Shown here: piece after piece, positions 1 to 7,700 of the stretch | How positions within the stretch are numbered: the first letter of the stretch is position 1 | Layout: each line of letters starts with the position of its first letter | Origin: an uncultured virus (IMG/VR IMGVR_UViG_3300034102_000864) | Lineage: Duplodnaviria > Heunggongvirae > Uroviricota > Caudoviricetes | IMG/VR virus record: IMGVR_UViG_3300034102_000864 | Span: 56,592-76,591 of that record | DNA length: 20,000 bases | Reading direction: 5' to 3' (one strand) | Made by a program: the position numbers and the translations under genes | The notes under the pieces: generated by a model | What the model was told of the DNA's origin: nothing | Databases searched by the model: none | What the model saw: the letters and a program-made list of their open reading frames with translations, nothing else

Positions 1-45
1 GTAGGAAAAACAAACATTGTAAGAGTTATTGATTGTGTGAGATAA
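1..45 (+). CDS. 3' end of upstream gene (VGKTNIVRVIDCVR*), possibly baseplate hub/gp5-like protein
   Basis: Open frame from base 1 to TAA at 43-45, 1 nt before the next ATG. The VIDCV ending resembles cyanophage baseplate-hub proteins as recalled from memory; only 14 codons are visible. Confidence 0.45.
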   Translation, partial: VGKTNIVRVIDCVR

Positions 46-46
46 A

Positions 47-637
47 ATGACACTTAAACCAGAACATACGCTAACAGATAATACCTATGGAACCATTTTT
101 ATGGGTCCTTCCGGTGACGAGAAGAATAATCCTGGAACACATTATGTGAGATCTTTGGCCAATGGAAACATTGAAATGCATACAAAACCAGGAAATAAAT
201 CTGAAATTATTCAAGGAACAAATCATGAAGTTGTCGTTGGTTCAGTTCCTGGAGATGATCGAAAGAAAAAAGAAAAAGAAACTGTAGCAAGATCTATTAC
301 TGTTAAAGATGGTGATATTGCTATCATTGCAGAAAATGGTAATATTAAATTAAAAGCTAAAAATATTTTTATTGAAACTGTTGGTGATGGTAATGATGGA
401 TCATTTATGGTAAAGGCAAACGAAGCCATTACAATGGTTGCTGGTGAACAAATGACTTTAGGTGGTGCAAAAATTTGTTTGTCAAGTGCAGACTCTATAA
501 CATTAAATGGTCAGGGTTTGCTTTACATTTTATGCAAAGATATTAGTGAGGGTTCCCCATTATCTGGATTATTAAGTAATTTTGTTCCTGGAGCAGTTTC
601 AAAATTAATCGATGCAATTGCGTTAAGTTGCAAATAA
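47..637 (+). CDS. Virion structural protein, probable gp5/VgrG-like beta-helix spike segment
   Basis: 196-aa ORF with short alternating beta-strand repeats (GDIAIIAENGNIKLKAKNIFIE, ANEAITMVAGEQMTLGGAKICL), lying in a structural-gene context. Confidence 0.6.
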   Translation: MTLKPEHTLTDNTYGTIFMGPSGDEKNNPGTHYVRSLANGNIEMHTKPGNKSEIIQGTNHEVVVGSVPGDDRKKKEKETVARSITVKDGDIAIIAENGNIKLKAKNIFIETVGDGNDGSFMVKANEAITMVAGEQMTLGGAKICLSSADSITLNGQGLLYILCKDISEGSPLSGLLSNFVPGAVSKLIDAIALSCK

Positions 638-646
638 GGAGAAAAT

Positions 647-1468
647 ATGGCATTTACTAAACTTGAGAGTGGTACTTTAGACGTTTTTAGTCCTTTAGCC
701 GGTGGAGCTCTTCTTTTTCCAAAAGGATTTTGGGAACCTGGAACTGCATCAATACATAAACTACATTGTGGTCAGGGAGCATCTGCAGTACCATTTTCTG
801 CATCACTGGTTGTAGGACCATCTATAACTTCACCACTTTCAATTAACACTGTTGGAATGGAAGTTCTCACTGGAGTGAGAAATTTATTTGGTGTTGATAC
901 TACAGTTGGGCAAGATATTAGTCTTGGTGCATTGAATGTTGAATGGTCTTCTCTAGGGAATCATTTTACTGGTGCAGAATTTATAGTAAGTCCACTTGCA
1001 GAATCTGTATCTCCACGAATACCTTTAAGTGCTTTAAGTGGTGATTTAAATGGTTTTTGGAAAGTCAATGGTCTTCCAGTATCTGGAGAACCTGATTTAA
1101 CATCTGATGTAAGATTGAAGAAAAATATTGAGACCTTTAGTAATGGGCTAGAAATCATTCTTCAGTTAAATCCCGTTCGATTTGATTGGAGAGAAGATTT
1201 ATGTCCTGATTCTTTCTTAAATGAATATAGAGAACCAGAAGATGAATATGGTTACCCTGGAGAAATTAAAAGACAGTATGGTTTAATTGCACAAGAAGTA
1301 GAAACAATTGCACCAGATTTAATTGGTGAAAGAAAAATGTATGATGAAACATACAAGTTGATTAGATATGAAAAGATTGTTCCGATTTTAATTTCTGCCG
1401 TCAAAGATCAACAAGATCAAATAGATGAATTGAAGAGAGAAATACAATCTTTAAAAGAAAATAAATAG
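647..1468 (+). CDS. Tail spike/fibre-like protein with C-terminal Peptidase_S74 intramolecular chaperone
   Basis: SD AGGAG upstream. Motifs SDVRLKKNI, LNPVRFDW, GLIAQEVE and YEKIVPILISAVK followed by a coiled coil from ~1103. Confidence 0.85.
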   Translation: MAFTKLESGTLDVFSPLAGGALLFPKGFWEPGTASIHKLHCGQGASAVPFSASLVVGPSITSPLSINTVGMEVLTGVRNLFGVDTTVGQDISLGALNVEWSSLGNHFTGAEFIVSPLAESVSPRIPLSALSGDLNGFWKVNGLPVSGEPDLTSDVRLKKNIETFSNGLEIILQLNPVRFDWREDLCPDSFLNEYREPEDEYGYPGEIKRQYGLIAQEVETIAPDLIGERKMYDETYKLIRYEKIVPILISAVKDQQDQIDELKREIQSLKENK

Positions 1469-1487
1469 ACAAAAAGTGAATTGAAAG

Positions 1488-3134
1488 ATGGATCAAAGTT
1501 TAAAAAATAGCATCATTAATATTTTTAAAGAAGAGCAAGATCAAATGGATGGTGCTCTAGATAATAAGAGTGACGTAAAAGCACCTGATACAATTACTGA
1601 ATATACTGTCACACAAAATTCTGATGGTACTTGGTCTAAAAATGAAAGAACAAAAAAACCTGATTTTTATGATGGTAGTGTAGATAAGAAAAATAGAGAT
1701 AAAGTTAAAAAAAAGGCAAAAGACTTACAAGCATTTTGCAGAGAAATTGATAATAAAATTTTAGATTTCAATTCTCAAATTGATGCCAAAAAACAACAAT
1801 TGGTCAGTCTAACAGCACAGGCAAAAACTGCAAATTGTTGGGTAGGTACTGCTCATAGTTTACCTGTTGGTGGAATATCCAAATATTATGGAACAGATAT
1901 TGCATTTAATGGTGAAGTTGAAAATATTAAAATTTATCCCAAAATGGCAGGTCCTCAACAGGATAATAATGCAAAAAATGTATTTGATCCAGATACAATA
2001 TATACACTAAATGATACTTACTCTGGATATGGTTATAAGAATCTACCAGAGAGAGTAGTTTATGAAAATACAGACGGTGTTGGAACTGGTTCTAGTATCG
2101 ATGGTAGTGGTAGTTCTCTAGGTGCTGTAAAGTTCGATATTTCAAAAATACAGTCTGATCACAATGCACGTTCATTCAGTTCAGTTGGTGTTGGCACTAA
2201 TGCAATTTGGACTTGGTACTATGACGGAGCAACTTCACCAGCAACTTGTGTTTCTATTGCAAATAGCATAGACAGCATTTACGACGAAATTATATCCTTA
2301 AGAAAAGAAAGAAATGCTTTAAGACGTGATTTGAACGTAATAAAAGATAAAAAGATGGAAAAAGAACTTGCTTCTTGGGGACTAAACAGAGTCGCATCGG
2401 AAGTAAAGGAAAGAAAGACGGTTCATACATCTGTGATTAATGCAATTAATAGTTTTAATGATGATATTACTGTCAATGATAAGTCTCTTGTTCTTTATCT
2501 TGATGCCGGAGACAATGATTCTTATTCTGGAGTCGGAACTTCTTGGTATGATTTGAATGGTAGTGGTAAAGTTGCAACTCTTGTCAATGGTCCTACTTAT
2601 GATTATGCAAATGGTGGATCGATTGTATTTGTTGAAATTCCAAATCTACAGTATGCAACAGTATCTACTTCAACAGTTACTGCACATTCTAATAATCCAT
2701 TTACGTTAGAATCGTGGGCAAAAAATACATTAAGTGGTGATTATAATACTGTTTTAACTGCAGTTGGACCAGATAGAGAAATTGGATTTCATAATGGACA
2801 ATTTCTTTATGGTGGAAATGGTGGTGCTGGAAATACATTAAGATTTGCTGGGACAAATACAATAGGAAATTGGTATCATTTAGTGATGACTTTTGAAGGT
2901 TTAGGAGACAAGATAGCAAAATTTTATGTAAATGGAGTTTTAATTGATGCAAACTCAATTGGTGATAATGGAGCAACTTCAACTTCTACTATAAGGATTG
3001 GTTCTTACTCTACTTCTGGATCTGAATTTTTAACTGGAAATGTTGCAATTGCACGAATTTATAATAAGTGTTTATCGGCAGCAGAAGTAACACAAAACTT
3101 TAATGATACTAAGGGAAGATTTAACATCTCATAA
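1488..3134 (+). CDS. Structural protein: coiled-coil N-terminal region plus C-terminal LamG/concanavalin-A-like domain
   Basis: From ~2485: LVLYLDAG..SYSGVGTSWYDL, FTLESW, WYHLVMT, FYVNG, GNVAIARIYNKCLSAAEVTQNFN, typical of phage LamG_3 domains. Confidence 0.8.
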   Translation: MDQSLKNSIINIFKEEQDQMDGALDNKSDVKAPDTITEYTVTQNSDGTWSKNERTKKPDFYDGSVDKKNRDKVKKKAKDLQAFCREIDNKILDFNSQIDAKKQQLVSLTAQAKTANCWVGTAHSLPVGGISKYYGTDIAFNGEVENIKIYPKMAGPQQDNNAKNVFDPDTIYTLNDTYSGYGYKNLPERVVYENTDGVGTGSSIDGSGSSLGAVKFDISKIQSDHNARSFSSVGVGTNAIWTWYYDGATSPATCVSIANSIDSIYDEIISLRKERNALRRDLNVIKDKKMEKELASWGLNRVASEVKERKTVHTSVINAINSFNDDITVNDKSLVLYLDAGDNDSYSGVGTSWYDLNGSGKVATLVNGPTYDYANGGSIVFVEIPNLQYATVSTSTVTAHSNNPFTLESWAKNTLSGDYNTVLTAVGPDREIGFHNGQFLYGGNGGAGNTLRFAGTNTIGNWYHLVMTFEGLGDKIAKFYVNGVLIDANSIGDNGATSTSTIRIGSYSTSGSEFLTGNVAIARIYNKCLSAAEVTQNFNDTKGRFNIS

Positions 3135-3192
3135 CCAGTTTTCCAACTGGCACACTTGACACCAACCCCCATTTACCCTATAATATGGGGGT
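3135..3192 (+). promoter_or_regulatory. Early-type sigma70 promoter preceded by conserved box CCAGTT-N4-AACTGGCACA
   Basis: TTGACA 3156-3161, 17-bp spacer, TATAAT 3179-3184 (perfect consensus). Box at 3135-3154. Inverted repeat ACCCCCAT 3165-3172 / ATGGGGGT 3185-3192 flanks the -10. Confidence 0.9.
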
Positions 3193-3209
3193 AATCAACG
3201 GAACACCAA

Positions 3210-3410
3210 ATGAGCACCGCACAAGAGACCGTCCAAGGCATTGTGATTGATGTATGCAGCAAGTCTTTTCTTCTTCTGAGTGATCAGGGAAACACCAAGA
3301 CTGTACAGTGCGACAATACCGAAGAGTTTATGAACGTGTTGGAAGTTGTTACTGCTCAACTTGATCCTGAGCAGATTGAGTATGCTGACCTTGCCATTTA
3401 CGGTGAGTGA
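3210..3410 (+). CDS. Small acidic hypothetical protein (early gene)
   Basis: 66-aa ORF directly downstream of the consensus promoter. It has no TTA or ATA codons. Confidence 0.8.
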   Translation: MSTAQETVQGIVIDVCSKSFLLLSDQGNTKTVQCDNTEEFMNVLEVVTAQLDPEQIEYADLAIYGE

Positions 3411-3426
3411 TGCTATAATATAAATA
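3391..3426 (+). promoter_or_regulatory. Overlapping sigma70 promoter and T4-type late promoter
   Basis: TTGCCA 3391-3396, 17 bp, TATAAT 3414-3419, overlapping TATAAATA 3419-3426. Confidence 0.75.
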
Positions 3427-3441
3427 CCGAAAAAGAAACGA

Positions 3442-3615
3442 ATGGAAGTTTTCACAGTGGAAGAGTTTCAAGAGAGGTTTGACGAACTCATTGAGAGAGT
3501 GGAAAACGGAGAGCAATTAGGTATAATTAATGAGAATGGGCAGGCAGCAGTTATGATGCCTGCAGATGATGACTTTGTACGAATACACACTGTGTGTAAT
3601 AACGAAGCATCATAA
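3442..3615 (+). CDS. Phd/YefM antitoxin-like small protein (57 aa, not in the ORF track)
   Basis: Translated by hand: MEVFTVEEFQERFDELIERVENGEQLGIINENGQAAVMMPADDDFVRIHTVCNNEAS. It fits the Phd N-terminal pattern (E-F..F..L..V..GE...I...G..AV.MP). Confidence 0.75.
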   Translation: MEVFTVEEFQERFDELIERVENGEQLGIINENGQAAVMMPADDDFVRIHTVCNNEAS

Positions 3616-3623
3616 ACGCAGAA

Positions 3624-3711
3624 GCGAGTGAGACTTGGTAGTCAGAGGAGTCTTATAAACTCTTTCCGCCAGATTAGCGGCTTTGACCTGGTTCGAATCC
3701 AGGCACTCGTA
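3624..3711 (+). tRNA. Non-canonical tRNA, anticodon UAU (Ile), long variable arm
   Basis: Acceptor GCGAGTG/CACTCGT, discriminator A. T arm CCTGG-TTCGAAT-CCAGG. Anticodon arm GGAGT-CTTATAA-ACTCT (TAT 3654-3656). D arm GACT-TGGT-AGTC. V arm CCGC-CAGATTA-GCGG. No encoded CCA. Confidence 0.8.
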
Positions 3712-3755
3712 TCACTCTAAACTACATTAGAGTATAAATAAAAGTGTAGAGTGGT
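3711..3755 (+). promoter_or_regulatory. T4-type late promoter inside an RNA hairpin upstream of the HNH gene
   Basis: TATAAATA 3733-3740. ATCACTCTAAACT 3711-3723 can pair with AGTGTAGAGTGGT 3743-3755 (one mismatch, one G-U). Confidence 0.7.
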
Positions 3756-3764
3756 CTAACTTCT

Positions 3765-4184
3765 ATGGTAGGAACTTGTAAAAAATGCGAGAAAACTTTT
3801 AAATATTCTCCATCCCAATCAAACGGCATCTATTGTTCCAATAAATGTCAGCAAGAATACCTTTATGAACAAAATATTACTGATTGGTTGTCCAAAAAAA
3901 TAACTGGAAAAGTTAGGGATGGAAGGCCAAGTGATTTTGTTAGAAGGTATATGCTTGAAGAAGCAGGACATAAATGTTCTGAATGTGGTTGGGGAAAAGC
4001 AAATCCAGTAAATGGTATTATCTACCTTGAAATAGACCACATAGATGGTTCGAGAGAAAATGGATACAAAGAAAACTTACGAGTTTTGTGTCCAAACTGT
4101 CATACTTTGACTGATACTTATAAAACTTTAAACAAAAAAGTTGGGTATCATAAAAAAAGAAAGCAGTTAAACGAGCTGGTTTAG
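3765..4184 (+). CDS. Free-standing HNH (homing) endonuclease with N-terminal Zn-binding module
   Basis: CKKC..YCSNKC module, then CSECGW, LEIDHIDGSRENGYKENLRVLCPNCH. It sits between two tRNA genes. Confidence 0.9.
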   Translation: MVGTCKKCEKTFKYSPSQSNGIYCSNKCQQEYLYEQNITDWLSKKITGKVRDGRPSDFVRRYMLEEAGHKCSECGWGKANPVNGIIYLEIDHIDGSRENGYKENLRVLCPNCHTLTDTYKTLNKKVGYHKKRKQLNELV

Positions 4185-4247
4185 CAATCTGGCGAATGCA
4201 ATCGACTCATAATCGATGGGAGGCGAGTTCGATCCTCGCAACCAGCA
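4175..4247 (+). tRNA. tRNA with CAU anticodon, non-initiator (Ile2/lysidine or elongator Met)
   Basis: Acceptor GCTGGTT/AACCAGC, discriminator A. Anticodon arm ATCGA-CTCATAA-TCGAT (CAT 4208-4210). T arm GCGAG-TTCGATC-CTCGC. Position 1:72 is paired and the three consecutive G-C anticodon pairs are absent, so it is not fMet. Confidence 0.9.
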
Positions 4248-4248
4248 C

Positions 4249-4281
4249 TTGACCACTACAACTCTATGAGTTATAATGGTC
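4249..4281 (+). promoter_or_regulatory. sigma70 promoter for tRNA-Leu with an overlapping imperfect palindrome
   Basis: TTGACC 4249-4254, 17 bp, TATAAT 4272-4277. Dyad GACCACTACAACTC-TAT-GAGTTATAATGGTC at 4251-4281. Confidence 0.75.
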
Positions 4282-4289
4282 TCATACAA

Positions 4290-4372
4290 GCGAGTATGGT
4301 GGAATCGGTAGACACACCAGACTTAAAATCTGTTGGGCATTGCTCGTGGGAGTTCAAGTCTCCCTACTCGCA
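4290..4372 (+). tRNA. trnL: tRNA-Leu(UAA)
   Basis: Acceptor GCGAGTA/TACTCGC, discriminator A. D loop GGAATCGGTAGAC. Anticodon loop CTTAAAA (TAA 4324-4326). Long V arm GGGC-ATT-GCTC. T arm GGGAG-TTCAAGT-CTCCC. Confidence 0.95.
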
Positions 4373-4378
4373 CTAAAA

Positions 4379-4385
4379 ATAAATA
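4379..4385 (+). promoter_or_regulatory. Putative T4-type late promoter
   Basis: ATAAATA about 20 nt upstream of the ATG at 4405. Confidence 0.6.
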
Positions 4386-4404
4386 CAAGATATGGGAATT
4401 TCCT

Positions 4405-4710
4405 ATGTCTTATCGTATCGATCACGCATACTGCTGGTACAATAATGGCAGTATGATTGTGAAGATGTACTTTATCAATCATATTCCTTTTACATTTGAC
4501 GAACTTCCCGATGGACACTTATATGATCTAGATCTTTGTAGATTGGCAGACAAAGAAAGATCTTTTGAGCCAGAAGACTTGTACAGAAATTCTTTCTATC
4601 TGATAGATGAAGAGGTACATCCTTGCTTCTTTCCAGTTGAGTTAGAGAATCCTGAAGATATGCCTGACGATATAGAATTTGAATATGATGGGGAAGATTT
4701 GACTAACTAA
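4405..4710 (+). CDS. Acidic hypothetical protein (101 aa, MSYRIDHAYCWY...)
   Basis: The track start at 4333 lies inside tRNA-Leu. The ATG at 4405, after the late-promoter motif, is the credible start. Confidence 0.8.
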   Translation: MSYRIDHAYCWYNNGSMIVKMYFINHIPFTFDELPDGHLYDLDLCRLADKERSFEPEDLYRNSFYLIDEEVHPCFFPVELENPEDMPDDIEFEYDGEDLTN

Positions 4711-4713
4711 ATA
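4707..4713 (+). promoter_or_regulatory. Putative late promoter (CTAAATA) for the large tail-fibre gene
   Basis: TAAATA core overlapping the upstream stop codon, 32 nt before the ATG at 4746. Confidence 0.55.
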
Positions 4714-4745
4714 AAACATAGAAATCTTCTGGTTGTTATAATCCG

Positions 4746-7700
4746 ATGCCTCTTAATAAGTTAGATAATTTTATCAAGAATACTGAAGGTCGTATTCTTT
4801 ATGTAAGTCCAAGTGATCTTGATTCAACAGACAGTATTGATAATCAGGGTAATTCTCTTGCCAGACCCTTTAAAACAGTTCAGAGAGCACTTTTAGAGGC
4901 TGCAAGATTTTCATATGTGAAGGGTGATGATAATGATATTACAGAAAAAACAACAATTTTACTTCTTCCTGGTGAGCACATAATTGATAATAGACCAGGT
5001 TTTAGACTTTACAATGATGCAGGGACTGCTAAAGTCGTATCACCAGATTCGAGTATTGGTGTAACAAATCCAACTGCAACTGCAGCTTTAAGTTTATCAC
5101 TTTCTTCTAATTTTGATTTAACTCAACTTGATAATATCCTATACAAGTTTAATAGTATTTACGGTGGTGTTATCGTACCTAGAGGTGTATCGATAGTTGG
5201 TTTAGACCTTAGAAAGACAAAGATTCGTCCTAAGTATGTACCAAACCCAACAGACTCATCAGCATCTAAAACTGCTATTTTTAGACTCACCGGTGCTTGT
5301 TACTTATGGCAGTTTTCTTTCTTTGATGCTAGAGAAAGTGAATTAGCATATACAAATCCAACAGATTTTACTGATACAGCAAAACCAACATTTTCCCACC
5401 ACAAAGTAACGTGTTTTGAATATTGTGATGGTGTAAACAAATATGCTAATACTGGTCTTACAGACCTTGATATGTATTATGCAAAATTATCTCACGCATA
5501 TGGCACTAGTGCTGGTACGAGAGAAATTGATCAAAAATATCCAACTGATGCTGGTGGGTTTGCAAAACAACGTCCAGAATGGGAAATTGTTGGTGCTTTT
5601 GATAGTGATGTAATTCCTGTTTCTGCAATTAGTATTAGCTCTTCTGGTAGCAATTTAGTTACAGTCACAACATCAGTTCCTCACGAATTTAATGAAGGAA
5701 CTCCAATCAAGGTTAGAAATGTAATTCCAGTAGATTACAATATTTCCACAAAAGTTCAAACAGTTTTAAGTGATACTAAATTTACTTATTTGATTCCTAA
5801 TGCAAGACGAGATCTTGACTTAAATGGCAATGCTTCTTCTGCAACTGTAGTTATTGAAACTGATACTGTTTCTGGTGCTTCTCCTTATATCTTCAACATC
5901 TCTATGCGTTCTGTATGGGGTATGAACGGAATGCACGCTGATGGTGCAAAGGCTTCTGGTTTCCGTTCAATGGTTGTTGCCCAATTTACGGGTGTTTCTC
6001 TGCAAAAAGATGATCGTGCTTTTGTAAAATACTTCCAAGATTCTAGAAAGTATATTGGAATTGATGTAACTAAAGTAACAGGATCGGAATTATCTGGTCG
6101 ATCTTCATCTACAGATCCTGGGACTGCATTCCACCTAGATCCTGCAGCAATTTACCGAAATGGTTGGGAGTCTTCTCACATTAAGGCATCGAATGATTCA
6201 TTTATTCAGGTCGTATCTGTATTCGCAATTGGATTTACTAAACATTTTGATGGAGAATCTGGTGCAGACTACAGTATTACAAACTCTAACTCTAACTTTG
6301 GACAAATTTCTCTAAATGGTGATGGTTTTAAAGCAGAAGCATTTGATAAAGATAATAATTTATTCCTGACAAATATTGTTACACCCAAATCTATTGTAGG
6401 AACGCCAAAAACCGTTGACTGGATTTCACTTGATGTTGGAGTTACAACTACTGTCGGTGTATCAACTCGACTCTATCTGTTTGGATTTAAATCTCAAGAT
6501 GATATTCCACCAGTTTTAACTCAAGGATATCGCATTGGTGGCGCAGTAAATGATAAGTTGTATGTGACAATAAACAATGTCGAATATTCGGCAGACATTG
6601 TGATGTCTGATGGAGTGACTAGTAGTGTAAAAGATTACACAGTATCAACTGTCAATAATAATAGATTTACACTAAGTAGTGCTCATACTCTAGAGAATAC
6701 AGAAAAAGTTACATTACAGAGTTTAAGTGGAGATCTTCCTGAAAATATTACCGAGCACACTGTTTATTATGCAATTACTTCTAGCATTAATGCTACTCGA
6801 ACAGATGGTATAACGTTATCATCAACTCAGATTCAACTTGCAACTTCTCAGGCAGATGCAAGTCTTGGTATTCCCGTTACAATTTATGGTGGTAAAGATC
6901 TTAAACTTTTAAGTAGAGTTCACGATAAACAAGCTGGAGATATTGGGCATTCTGTTCAGTTTGATTCTACGAATAAGCAATGGTTTATTACTGTAAAATC
7001 AACAAACAATACAATCTATAGTCAACTTGCTGCTTTAGGTGTCGGTGGATATCAAGCTAGAACTGATCCATCGTATATTAAGAGGATTCCAGATACAAGA
7101 AGTTTGGATGAAAAATTATATAAACTTAGAGTTGTCATTCCAAAAGAACTTTTGGGTGCAAAAGCTCCAGAACCTGGATTTATTATTCAAGAGAGTAGTA
7201 CAACTGGTGCAAGAAATGATTCCGATTTCCTTCTTCCAACTACCAGGAATCTAAATTATTTTGACTACAATTATAGTAAAAATCCAAGATTAATTGCAAG
7301 TTGCTCAAGATCTACTGCAGTTAATGGAGTTTATACTGTAACAGTTGTAAGTGAAACCCCTCACGATCTCCAAGTTGGCAATAGCATTAAAATTTATAAT
7401 GTAAAAGATTCTACTCTTAATCCATTTGGTGAATATGGATATGGGTATAATGGAAAGTTTTCCGTAAAATCTGTAGTAAACGATATGGCGTTTACTTATG
7501 ATATTGTATCTGGAGTATCAACAAACGCAACATTCCCAACTACAAGAGGAACTTCTTGGCCAAGATTTGAGAAAAATGATGTAAAAAATAACTTTGTTGT
7601 TTATCGCAGTGTTGTTATTTCTGAATATGCGGAAGGTCAAAGAGATGGTGTTTATCATCTGTTTGTTATAAATGCAGACAATAGAGTTGAAGAAGAGTTT

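Noticed and set aside
3624..4247. HNH as part of an intron splitting a single tRNA
   Set aside because: Both flanking tRNAs are complete, and no space or structure for an intron core is evident.
4290..4372. Group I intron in tRNA-Leu(UAA), as in many cyanobacteria
   Set aside because: The anticodon loop CTTAAAA is uninterrupted.
4333..4404. N-terminal extension of ORF 4333-4710
   Set aside because: It overlaps tRNA-Leu; the ATG at 4405 is more credible.
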